From contig NC_068987.1 in assembly GCF_001194135.2 (NCBI RefSeq), positions 100,783,703-100,847,702 on the forward strand: a stretch of 64,000 bases of DNA, read 5' to 3'. Of this stretch, positions 51,773 to 64,000 are shown one piece after another (within the stretch, counting starts at the first letter, position 1; each line of letters starts with the position of its first letter). Below the pieces are notes generated by a model, which worked only from the letters and a program-made list of their open reading frames with translations, ran no database searches and was not told the origin of the DNA. The DNA is from Octopus bimaculoides. Its lineage: Eukaryota. The position numbers and the translations under genes were made by a program.

Positions 51773-53869
51773 GTGTGTGTGTGTGTGTGTGATTTTGCGT
51801 AATTGAATATTTCTAGTCTCCAATGTTTAAGCTATGTCACACGTTTGTGCGTAGGAATCACTCCTTTATCTAAATGATAAATAGTATAATGAGTTACTAG
51901 ATGCTGCCAGGTTTAGGAACTCCCAAGACAATGGTTCGAAATCCATTTGAAAATATTTCCTGCTGTGACATCGCTAGGAAGTTCAATGAATTAACAAACA
52001 TATATAATTTAGCCCATCTTGAATATTTTCTTAATTATTTAGTAATCCTACAGTTGTTGCGACATCTATTGGCGAGAATATAATTATGTTACTGCTTTGT
52101 GCATTGAGGTATATTCACAACATCATCCTACACACACGCTCGCATACAAACATAAAGCACCCGCACACTCACGCACAGAGACACATACATATACACATGC
52201 AAATATGGGAATGTGATCAAATAATAACGATTGTTTGATGTAAATCAGTAAATCATTATATATGAAAGCGAGGATGTACACGAGAATCAGTTATTGTGCA
52301 AACAGCTGAAAAATTTGTGGTGTGCATCCTGATACCAACACTACATTTTGTTAGTTGCCAAGACATTTACTTCTCACATTGAATAATTCGCCTACCTGAA
52401 AATAGTTGTTTCAAGATTGGAACAACTTGCACGTCCAAGCTGCGAGATGACTGTGATAGTGGGAAGAGTGACAAGCTCAATACCTCCTGTTACATTTATA
52501 CCATAGAAAACTATGTTATGCTAGAATTTTATCTCTAACTGCTTTGAATATAATACAATTAACTTAAAGATAACTGGATTCTGAATTTTCAAACAGGAAA
52601 TGCCCACAAAATAGCGAATGAGTTGGTTCTATTTCTCAATAATTTCAAGAACTGGAATATTATCTATCCTCAGACTAAATACACTTTCACACTTCATCAG
52701 GGTATCTGATTGGGTTTCGAGTACACCTTTAATGATATCGTGAGATATGACTTGATATTTGAAGATAACAGTAGTTACGTTTTGAGGGTCTTTCTCTGTG
52801 ATTGTATAAATACTTAAATGAAAACAAACCAAGTGGAAATCACAAGCCATCGGCAGAGACATTGTCAATAGAAGTTTCAATAACATCGTTAAAGAAAATC
52901 TCAACGCGAGCTTTTGTTACTGATTGTATACGTTATTTAACATAAATTTTGTTTTACTAAATGTTGTTATATCTCGATTATCATCTCCGATATTCTAAAA
53001 GCAATTGTTTCATTCATTTCTAATGAAATATTTGACAAAAACCTGTATTTTGCAAACTTCTAGTCGTTGTAGAAGTTTGCCAATATATTGCCAATAAGAT
53101 GAGCGTATCTAATATAAAATTTGTTGACTACTAATATAAAATAAACCTTTACTTCTCTTTCATATACCTCATGTGTAATTGCTTCGATATTTATTTAACA
53201 AGAAAGATGAACATATTTTGTTATTTTCTATGAAAATAATCAAAACTACAGTAGTTTTGCTACAACAATAACAAACATTATTTGAGACAGGCAACAATAA
53301 TGTTTTCATAATTCATATAGGAATATTGAGTAACTATAATATTGTGCAGAATTTGGTTGGGAAATATAGTTATCAAATACAAAGTATTATTTATATGTTA
53401 TGTTAATAAGAAATTTACAGAACAAAACAACACAGGGACTGTGATTATTTTTATGATTATTTTTTTTTTATGTCGAAGATTCATAACTTCAAAATAATCT
53501 ATAGTTGTATTAGCAAATAGAAATCACTGTTTTCTAATATTAGATAAAATATATATTAACGTAACATAGTAATATAATAGATTTGCTCTTCTACTGCAAT
53601 CGATGCTGGTGTAGCTATAATACAAATAACAACAACAACAACAACAACAATAATAATAATAATAATAATAANNNNNNNNNNNNNNNNNNNNNNNNNNNNN
53701 NNNNNNNNNNNNNNNNNNNNNNNNNNNNNNNNNNNNNNNNNNNNNNNNNNNNNNNNNNNNNNNNNNNNNNNAGAGACAGAAGAGCAATGATTGCATCAAA
53801 GCCACCACAACTACAGGAAATAGTCAGAGAGAACAACAACCTCCAACAGTGCTACCACCTTCACCAATA

Positions 53870-54323
53870 ATACAAACGAAAAGAAACATAGAAACTAATT
53901 GTAGCAGTCCAAGATCAAGCGATAAAAATATACTTGAGAGAAAATATGAGGGAATGTCTCAGAAAAATGTAGAACATGTAGAACTTAGAACAAGACAGTG
54001 GGGCACCTCGCGACAGAAAGCCCCAAGTTAGAACAAGAAAAATATAATAAATGGAGGTACATCTACGATGTAAAATTTTTGCAAAGGAAACTGTGCCAGA
54101 AATGGGGATTTGATTCCGAGAGTACAAAGTACAACGACTGTGTCGAAAGATTACTGGAGTCGGATAATGTAAGATTCTGTGGGACTTTCGTATTCAAAGG
54201 GGCAAGCTGTTAGAAAGTAACAGACAAGACATAAAAATTAGAGATAAGGAAAAGCTAAGTTGCTTACTTATCGACACATTACGCCCGTTTTATTCCAGGA
54301 TCGTAATGAAAGAGTAAGGAAAA

Positions 54324-54356
<33 letters not shown>

Positions 54357-54560
54357 AAATACAAGTCCTTAAAATTTAAAATAGCAAGAATTTGGAGCAT
54401 GCAAACAGTAAAGGTCGTGCCTATAATTATTGGTGCGCTGGGAACAGTAAACCAAGATAGAGACAAATGGCTGAAGGAAATTGAAATAGAAAGCCCATTG
54501 AGCTCCCATGGAAGGGACAGCAAGGATTATCAGGGGGGTTCAAAGCACTTGAAAGACTAC
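53870..54560 (+). mobile_element. R4/Dong-type 3' fragment (CCHC to RLE)
   Basis: IVAVQDQAIK; VGHLATESPKLEQEKYNKWR...KLCQKWGF; LWDFRIQ; MQTVKVVPIIIGALGTV. Confidence 0.85.
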
Positions 54561-54779
54561 TGGAAACTTGTAGATACCTAAGGTTACAGGTAGTAATGTG
54601 CTACCCACATAAATCCTTCCTGGAAGAAGACCGAAATAGCAAAGCCAAAATATCTGCCATATTAAAACTACTAACAAGGCATAAATTAAAAAAAAGACTG
54701 CATGACTACTAAATAACCGATCGCGATATTCGTGACACGAAAAAGAATATCTAAAGCAATATATACTCGCCAAAGCACA

Positions 54780-55670
54780 CATACTGTAAAAATTAAACAC
54801 ATAGAAAGCACCAGAGGATGACAATATTCCCAATTTCTGAATAAAGTTCATATGGCTGTTAAGCCCAGATATTAATCAATTGAAGACTGCCGAAAGTAAA
54901 GAAGTGTTTAAGCACAGCTTGGATCGATTATCAGAAAGCTTTTAACAGTATCCCCAAGACAAGGATCCTTGAAACGCTAGTTGTGAAGAAAGTAGTACCA
55001 ACAATATTGACATATATAAAGCATGTCATGGATACATGGCAAACAGTTGTACCGTTACAGAGGGAATTGTAACAAGTAAAATAAAAAGAAACAATTGGAA
55101 TTATTTGCTATACACCACACAACATCTGACAGAATTGTTATATATACATATCACTGAAAGTGGAAGCTTATACAATTAGAAAACTAAAATAAAATATCCA
55201 CCATATGACTACAGTTATATCTAACTCAAAAGCAGTGAGAACTGTTACAAATGAGAGAGACAAAAACCTACTTTGAGTCTTCAATGAAACCGAAAAATAC
55301 AAGAAAGGGTTCATATTTCTTGGCAACTATGACGAAAATTAAGAAACGACAAATGTGAAGTAGCTAAATTCTAAGCTAAATTTAAAACTACAAAATACTA
55401 TGATAAAACGATGGCATTAAGATTCCTTATATGCCAATCCTGGCATAAGCTAAGCAGAATAGAAATTGAGTAAGTTAAATTCCTACAATGATTGATAAAA
55501 TCGGAACTCAAAGCCAGACTGAAAGATTTTTACTTGCCACACAAGATCAAAGCCTCCCCGCTAGAAACCCATAAGAACACATAATGAAGAGAAGTACAGG
55601 TACCTTCAGAGTATGTGGCGGCGAGGGAAGAAAAACATAAATCATATTGTCTCTAGCCGCCCATATTGAC
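54780..55670 (+). mobile_element. Another R4/Dong-type relic (RT pieces plus CCHC region)
   Basis: STAWIDYQKAFNSIP...ILETL (RT domain 3) near 54915-54980; LLATQDQSLPARN...INHIVSSRPIL near 55520-55670. Confidence 0.85.
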
Positions 55671-55729
55671 TCTGGCTGCCTATAGCAGAAGGGATTATTA
55701 TTATTATTATTGCTTCTAAGTCAAAAGAC

Positions 55730-58700
55730 CTGTCTCGGTCTATGCCTGATCTAGAACTTTAGCTCCGTCATGAATACGAGCTGCGGAAAAGTGGGTCTAA
55801 CATATGGCGACCACACTTGCTCACCGCTATGCTATCGTTGGAGATGTCGTAGCCTTAGCGCATATCTGCACATCATCAAGCACGGCTTGCCCAATCCTCA
55901 ACGCAGTCGTTGTTGACAGCAAATGGAACGTCTCATAAGCGGTACCCTTCCCTTCCACAAGAAGCGTAACAGCAAGTGCACCAGTCTGTTTAGCCACGAA
56001 GTGGGTCAAGGGATGATAGTCAGGCGGTAGTATATGAAGGATACGATGTACGTGATCACCGCCTCCGCCCGACATTTCAGGGACAGTCTCGTCTAGGCAC
56101 ATTTCTGGATGAGACTGGCCACCCTGTTTGTCACCTCTCCCCAGTTCTTGTCCATTTGGAAGTCCAGACCAAATCAGACCCCGAGCAACTTAACCGGCCC
56201 TTCTCTCCGGCGCCCCACTCTAGGTGCCGAGCTGCAGGCCCAGTGATTTCTCCTGGTTAATCATTGCTCCTGTCACCGCTTTGTATTCCCTTAGCCTGGT
56301 GCCGACCACGGTGGCATCGACCGCATACGCTGACATACTTTTTCCGCATCCTAGCTCACGCAGGATGCACCTCGAAACCTCCACCTACGCACTGGCTCAA
56401 GTGCCAGTACCTACAGATGGAGTGAAAGTGGGCATCCTTGACGGACCGAATGGTCGATGCTAAACGATTCCGACAGGTTGCTATTTAGTTTGACCACCAA
56501 ATAGATGTCGCTGTACATTGCAGCGATCCAGCTTCTGAAAACGGGATCCAATCCAGCCGCGATAAGGACATCCTCCAAGTACCGATGGTCTACCCTATCG
56601 AAGGTTTTCGACTGATCGAAATTGATCAGGGCCCCACTCATGCCAGATGTATCGCGTGAAGTGGAGGCTGTTGTAGATAGTTCAGTTGGGCATAGCGCAG
56701 TCTGCGCATCACCCACCAGTCTGGCCACGACATGCTCCAACCTCTTTGCTAACAACTTGGCCCAAATTTTGTAATCTGCATTTAGCAGAGTTATACGCCT
56801 AAAGTTATCAACAACGTCCCCTTTGTTCGGATCTGGCTAGGATCCGGGAATTCTCCCATTCTGCTGCCAATTGCGATATACATCTACCAAAATCTCAGCG
56901 AACAAGTATGGCATATGAATATAAAGTTCGAAGGGCAGACTATTCAACCCCAGAGACGTCTTCCTTGTGCAACTGCCCATTGCGTCTCGTATATCTTCCG
57001 CTGTTATTGGCATTTGGCAGAACTCTACATCTCTGGCTGAAAGCCGCGGCAGTTCATCGAGGTGGGAGGTGAAGTTCACTTCCGCCTCCGAATCACTCCG
57101 CACCTCGTACAGTTCAGCAAAGTGCCGCTGAAACTCCCTACAAATCTGCTTGGATCGCTTAGCATGCGCCCGTCGCGACCCATCAAATATTTAATTGTGG
57201 TTTTATTGCGACGTTGATAAGCGGTACCCTTCCCTTCCATTTCATTCCCGCGTGTCTTCGTGCACGTTCCCTAGTTCTCACAATGCAACCTTCATGCTTA
57301 GTGTTGAAGAATCGGTTCAGAACCAATCTCGTTGACAGCACGACGGTCGCTATGCCACTACTGATTGCCTCTTCTAATTTCCTAACTAGTTCTCCCTCTA
57401 TTCTAGTGTTCTGTATCACTAATTCCCTGTTAAATCCTACGATTTTACTTTAACCGCTCATATTAGGGCTGCCCATCATCAGTAGTTGACGACTACACTC
57501 GTCAATTTTCGATGGACTAACTTTTTAAACCGGCTTCTGAAAGCTTGGCAAGCCAGGAAGGAAGCTATTAGCTTCTAGTATCCAGGGCACTGCCTGTGGA
57601 GACTACCTAGGTGAACCACACATATCACAAATATGCGGTCTGCATAGCTGACAACTTCAAATTGTGTACAACCTATGCTATCCTTATATGCTAGCCTACA
57701 AAATACTCTGTCTATATAAGATGTGGATGACCCACCGCTATTTGCGCACATACACATTGGACCCTTCGGGAAATCCTGTCTGAGCAGGTTTTCGAGGCTT
57801 GCGCACCCCACTTTCCTCTCAGCTAGCCCCACACGTGCATCCAAGATGGCTTTCCAGTCCCCTGTTAATGCTAAGGAGCAAGACATCCCAAGAGAAACCT
57901 CCAACTATCTAAAGAAATCCGGCTGTCCTAGTCCGAGGTCGCTGCGTACACAGTGACCAGTCAAAAGGCACTGCCTTCGGTACCATTCACGTCCAAGACC
58001 ACCTTCTTGCCTTCCGGGTCCAGGAAAACCGGCCATGTCTCAAGGTCCAGGTCCTTTCTGAATAACACTGCCACCTCATCTCCCATTCCTAGTTGACTAA
58101 AAGATGCAGATATCTCATAATCATCAAAAATAGCTGCTAAGGCGCGCGTGTCCGAGATTCTGGACTCACTGACAGCTATTACCTCTAATTTTCGCCACCT
58201 GAGATCATTGAGCAAGCGACCTTGCTTCCATGAAGACCCCAGGCCGCGTACATATATACTACTCACTCTAAGCAATGCCATGTTGAACGATGGGAATATG
58301 TGAAAATAGGAGCGCTATCTACTAAGACTTTGTAGAGGAGTGAGTATGCCTACTCTGTCGCTCTCTTTGGATGTGAGTATTTTCCCCAGCAGTTCCTTCT
58401 AAATTCTCATATCAAGGTCCTTTTGAAAGTCACCTACAAATTGGGGATATCTAGATTTCAAAATTTTGTATTCGGTTTCAGTAGCTTTGAATATTTTTAT
58501 ATGTGCCGTCATGTTTGTGGTTGGCGTGACATAATTGGATAAATTGATAACCATGTGTCTGTGGATGTGTTTTATTAATTCGTTATATTTTGTGCATATA
58601 GCCGTGAGATTTATAATGTCTGGTTTATGATCATTTGATGGAATGCGGTCCTTCTGTTGTGTTCGTAGATTATGTCGTGTTTGTGATGCTTGTGGAGGTT

Positions 58701-59780
58701 GTAGTGGTAATGGCGGGGATGATGTTATTGTCGTCTGAGTGTGTGTAGGTAACTTTATGCATGGTGTGCTGTTGTTATTGTTCGTTCCGTCCATTTTCTC
58801 GTACTTGCCTGTTTTTTTTTTTTCTGATTATCGTTTGTGCTCTTCTGTCTTTTCCTTCCTTTTCGTGTGACACTTTTCTATGCCTGTCCTTTCATATTTC
58901 CATCGTTTTCGTTGTCCGAATAGGGGAGAAGTATTTCTTCTGGAGGTACTTGCCTTACTGTTGGCGTTATTAGTGGTGTTGTCATTATTTTTGGTGGGGA
59001 GTTCCCTGTTGCTGCCGTTGTTGTTACTGTTTGTGATATGGTTGCTGCTGGTGTGCATTCTACTTGACGTTGCGCAGTTGCTGCCAGCGCCGTAGTGGTT
59101 TTTGTGGATGATGTTGTGTCCAATTGTCTCTGTTGGTGTTGTTGTTGATATTTCTGCTGCAGCTGCTGCTGCCCTTGCTGTGGTGTCTGGTGTTAGTGGT
59201 TGTTGCGGCTAATTTCCCCCCTTTCCTTCTTTCCATCAGGCAATAGACTCTAATGTGACCTGAATCGCCACAGAAGTAACATTTCAGCCTTTTTCTTTCC
59301 ACGTTCACCTGCAGATTCTGGCCCCTGGAGACTTCTATTCGGTTGGGAATTTTCTCTACAGTCTCTGGTTTTACTTGCAGTAGAATTTCCAACCCTATCC
59401 CAACCTAGTTTTCCTTTTTGGACTTTTGGATTTCTAGGAGGTTTCTAGAATCTTCCACCACCACGGTTTTCACCACCTCCAGAAATCGATTTCTGGTAGT
59501 ATGTTACTTAGATCTCTGTCTGCCCCAGATAGATGAGAATTAAAGTGAAGACCTCTGTTTGTAATGGGAAAGTTGAGTGGTTTTGTGTTACTGATTCCGA
59601 CTGGAATATGACCTTGATGTAGTCGAACTTTAGGGCGTGGCTGACAAAGCTGACATCCACCCATATATTTTTCATGCAGAGCTCGGCTCGTTCTGATGGT
59701 CCTTTTCATGACTGACGCACATACACACACGTCCTTTAGTACTTTTTGACTACACTCTGTGCTTTAAGTACTCCTATAGT
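55730..59780 (-). mobile_element. L1/Tx1-clade LINE: ORF1 (CCHC knuckle) plus ORF2 (APE endonuclease and RT), frameshifted, 3' end missing
   Basis: ORF1 from ATG at about 59709 contains CYFCGDSGHIRVYC. ORF2 from 58281 reads MALLRVSSIYVRGL...IAVSESR (APE). RT motifs: ALINFDQSKTFDRVDHRYL, SVRQGCPLS, and SAYAVD (YADD mutated, about 56317-56330). Confidence 0.93.
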
Positions 59781-61790
59781 CAAACATGTAGGGATATTAT
59801 GAACTGCAGTGGTCATGGTCGGTACCTATATATAAATTTTAACGAAAGACATACAGGTACTGGCCGTGACTTCTGCAGATCATAATATCCCACACACCCA
59901 GCTGATTTTTCCCTTATACCTACATCTTTCCTTGGTAGTATGCAGGATACTTTCGCTCATTGTTTTATATGCTTATAAGCAGACTTAGATATCCTGTCAG
60001 GCCACTCGCACTTGCCCTAGTGAAAGAGAAAGAGGCACCTGGAGGGACAATGGCCGATACTTATTTACATCTAAGTAGAACGGAGCAAATGAGCTTAAAT
60101 AATTTGATCGGAACAGAATCCACGACGGTTTGAACGTAAGCCTGTATGAATAGCCTACCCACTAACTACATGCATATTTAGCGGTTATTTTATAAATATA
60201 ATCACGAACATTCAAGTTTTTGTTTCATTCATTTTTACTGCTAACTGACTGAATACACAGATCGTAAAATATATTTCTAGAACTCACGTACCTTTAATAT
60301 ATATTACACAATACTTAAATCACGTTTTAACATTTTCAAACATGAAATTGTGACTCTGTAAATTAGTATGGTTTTTCTGTTAAAACAAAACTACTTTTAT
60401 CCACTTCAAACATTCTAGCTGATTGAAGATGTAAACTGAAATTATGCAGTGAATATTGTTACAATTATTTTGTATGTTTTAAATTTTTTTTCATTAAAAA
60501 AAGAATTAAATGTCAATTTTTTGCATCAGTTCGATTTTCTTTCTTTTACTAGACAAATTTAGACAGAATTTTTATATTTATTTTTATGCTGCGATATATA
60601 TTTGTTTATTTTATACACATAATTTCTCTAATTGAAAGGCTGTTAAAATTAGTGTAATATAAAATTGTTTCTTGATTTACATTTTTTGCCTTGCTTGAAT
60701 ACATTTATCAATGAGGAGAATCTATTTCAACTATAATTATAATATTTTTATATCTTTTACAGATAAACTGTGCATTATAATTTTCTGGAATAACAATTCT
60801 GTTAAAATTGTTATAATTTCCCCTTCTTTAAAATCGCATTTGTTCAGCATTTCTCAAACGTATTTGTCTTCCTTAATATTCGGTTTCTCTTCAAAAACGA
60901 TACAGACTTTGCGTTTAAATATTATAAAAGTGACATCTATTGATACAATTTTTAACTTAAAGTACTTCTGATCTATAACTTATGTATTTATTTGCATTTC
61001 TTCATTGCGATATTGTGTAATATGTGTAATAAACACAGTGAGTTCAAAAGAATGATAGACTTAACAAAGTTTCAGTCACTGTTGAATTGGTTTTCGAAAA
61101 TCACGGATAATTGATAGCTATCAATGACCACAGAATCTGATGGCTGCGCGAAATCGACATGTCCAATTTGCATAAATAATGGTTTGCTTGTAAAGTCTTG
61201 AATAAATTCATCTTACTGTGATAGAGAGCAGATTTTCGTAAGCATATTTATAAGTTAAATATGTTCCCGTAGGAAACAAAGGGAAAATGTGTTTTCTGTA
61301 AAATATATCCTTTGACGATCAAAATGGATTAAGTAACTTTCTCTTATTCTGTGCATGGTACCAGTAGCACTAGCGCTTCATATATGGCAACACTTCTCGA
61401 AGGTTTTTCATTACATATGTACGCAAATATCTACAGTGAGGGTGGGAGTATGAGTGTATTAGTGTAGGTGAGTGTATATATATAAACCATATACAAACAT
61501 ACTCAAACACACATCATACATATATATGTATATGTCCGTATGTATATATGTATATATGTATGCATATGTATATATAATTCGTTTAGTACATGGCTATATC
61601 ATCTACGCTTCGCGTCATCGTAGAGTTTGTTGCTTACTTCATTCTTGAACTCTGAGTAAATTGTAATATTACTTCATATTCGCCATTCCTCCTCGTGAAG
61701 AAAGGAACTGTCAGGCACGCAGAAATGTACATGATGTCATATCGTGAATCTGAAAATAGTGAATATTGCACGGAATCACATTTACATCGT

Positions 61791-62008
61791 TCTTTTCTAC
61801 TCTATGCACAAGGCCCGAAATTTGGGGGAGAGAGAGCCAGTTAATTAGATCGACCAAGTACGCAGCTGGTACTTAATTTATCGACCCCGAAAAGATGAAA
61901 GGCAAAGTCCACCTCGACGGAATTTCAGCTCAGAACGTAAAGACAGACGAAGTAACGCTAAGCATTTCTGCCCCGGCGTGCTAACGTTTCTGCTAGCTCG
62001 CCGCCTTA
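61791..62008 (-). mobile_element. tRNA-derived SINE, full length
   Basis: Reverse complement GGCGAGCTAGCAGAAACGTTAGCACGCCGG...TACGTTCTGAGCTGAAATTCC...TTTGCCTTTCATC...GGGCCTTGTGCATAGAGTAGAAAAGA; same family as 29753. Confidence 0.92.
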
Positions 62009-62809
62009 ACACAATTACATTATTCGTAATATCACAGGTGTTCTGGTATGAAGCAGTGTTATTTCTATTTCAATATTATATTATATAATAACTCCAATGT
62101 AGTGCTAATGATATGATATGAACTTACCAGCCCGATAATAATAATGTCACTCAAATGTATCCATATGAATATGGACCTAAATTATACTAAACGAACCGGT
62201 TGTGACTTATTCTTATTGGTCAACATTGTGATGGTATAAATGTTTTAAATAATTCATGCACATAACGGTATGCGTATAACTTAGAAAATGGCCCTGATAT
62301 GTCAACCACGATATCTAACTCACTTTATAATTAATCTAACGCATTCAAAAATTTAATGATTATCGTCCTTGCAGCTCTTCCAATGACATGGCCCTAAAGC
62401 ACTCTCTATTATTCTTTTAAATAGCTGTAATGCATAATATAGTACGGGTTACAGTAAACCTAAAACAGATACATTTGTTGCTGCACTGCGCATTACCCGT
62501 GCTCAACAAAAACAGCAATATCATCAATATCTACTACTACTACCACTACTGCTGTTACTGCTACCCTGATGCTGATGCTACTACTATTGTTCCTACTACT
62601 ATCACTACTGCTGCTACAGATAGAAGTTTTAGCAGCAGCAGCAGCATTAGTAATANNNNNNNNNNNNNNNNNNNNNNNNNNNNNNNNNNNNNNNNNNNNN
62701 NNNNNNNNNNNNNNNNNNNNNNNNNNNNNNNNNNNNNNNNNNNNNNNNNNNNNNNNNNNNNNNNNNNNNNNNNNNNNNNNNNNNNNNNNNNNNNNNNNNN
62801 NNNNNNNNN

Positions 62810-62841
<32 letters not shown>

Positions 62842-62861
62842 AACTACTACTACTACTACCA

Positions 62862-62904
<43 letters not shown>

Positions 62905-63016
62905 CGATGTTGCTGCTGTCATTTCGACTACTACTGCTACTTCTATATACTACTAATTACTACTACTACTAACTACTACCACTACTACTACTACTACCAC
63001 TACTACTACTACTACA
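62810..63016. repeat. (ACT)n microsatellite after an N-gap
   Basis: Directly visible. Confidence 0.96.
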
Positions 63017-63313
63017 AGATTCAGATGCATCGAAAGAAGTGTGAGCCACGAATAAAGCTTCACACAGTCCTAAAATTAAAAGTTACATATTGTGGTAATG
63101 CATTTCTAAACACCATACCTTACGCCTTCAGGAAAAAGAAAAATAGTTTCATTGGTCATAGCTAGTATGTCTTAATCATAACATATACTGGATCAGGCTT
63201 GACATGGACTACAAAAGAACGACCAATATAAAAACAACAATAAAATTAAGTAAATAAGAAGATTAAGAGACTTTCTTTAGTTTTCTCAACCTCAAGTATC
63301 CATAAGTAATTTT

Positions 63314-63369
<56 letters not shown>

Positions 63370-63756
63370 ATATAGGGAACTTTCTATTTGTGGTTGCGTC
63401 TGTATATTATAATCTGATAACGTCATTCGGCACAATATATGCAGCTATCGTTTTTATAAATCTAGGAATATTCAGCAGATGAAAGCTGAGAGTAATACCA
63501 ACAGTCATTCTGCTATGTTTTAGTTTTTGCAATAACATTGTGCCAGTCAGTAATCCGATCAATAATCTCGAACCTTATATGCTTGTATATAAAGTCGATT
63601 CGTAAAACTAGTTGTGTTATATCACAACATTCGTATTGAAGATAAGAATTTAAAGTATAACATTTCACATGCATATATTTTAAAAAAATATAAACACGCA
63701 AATATACCGACGAAAGTCCCGCTCACACATGCTCATAGATGCAAAATGCATACATT

Positions 63757-63787
<31 letters not shown>

Positions 63788-64000
63788 NNNNNNNNNNNNN
63801 NNNNNNNNNNNNNNNNNNNNNNNNNNNNNNNNNNNNNNNNNNNNNNNNNNNNNNNNNNNNNNNNNNNNNNNNNNNNNNNNNNNNNNNNNNNNNNNNNNNN
63901 NNNNNNNNNNNNNNNNNNNNNNNNNNNNNNNNNNNNNNNNNNNNNNNNNNNNNNNTTTGCCCCCACTGCACTATACTGGTTCCATACCCTATTGAGCAAT

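Noticed and set aside
52685-52720. CTGATGA...GAAA on the minus strand, resembling a hammerhead core
   Set aside because: Only 5 nt separate the two motifs, too short for stem II, and there are no supporting stems.
55684-55712. (ATT)6 as the 3' tail of the Tx1-like LINE
   Set aside because: The preceding GCCTATAGCAGAAGGG resembles the SINE 3' end, so the tract more likely belongs to a plus-strand SINE remnant.
60990-61173. Two octamer motifs (ATTTGCAT) 176 bp apart
   Set aside because: The motif occurs several other times in the window, as expected at this AT content.

Overview
AT-rich, microsatellite-dense eukaryotic non-coding DNA with about 14 N-gaps, nearly all bordered by simple repeats. 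The SINE families and the mix of Dong/R4, Tx1, Penelope, Tc1/mariner and piggyBac elements resemble Octopus or another coleoid cephalopod (inference from recalled repeat families, not a database hit). I found no intact gene, no exon I can recognise, and no tRNA, rRNA, snRNA or CRISPR array. Most ORFs in the track are translated microsatellites or N-runs. The recognisable content is a transposon graveyard: about 11 degraded R4/Dong-type (RLE) LINE fragments, one long Tx1/L1-clade LINE (55.7-59.8 kb), Penelope GIY-YIG relics, a mariner deletion derivative with both TIRs, a piggyBac relic, three more Tc1/mariner relics, two MITE-like fold-backs and several tRNA-derived SINEs. I did not find a convincing new biological system. 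The best leads are a Dong copy flanked by (TAA)n on both sides, an inverted pair of old SINEs, a 135-bp fold-back, and two unexplained unique segments. All alignments and translations were done by eye, so element boundaries are approximate.
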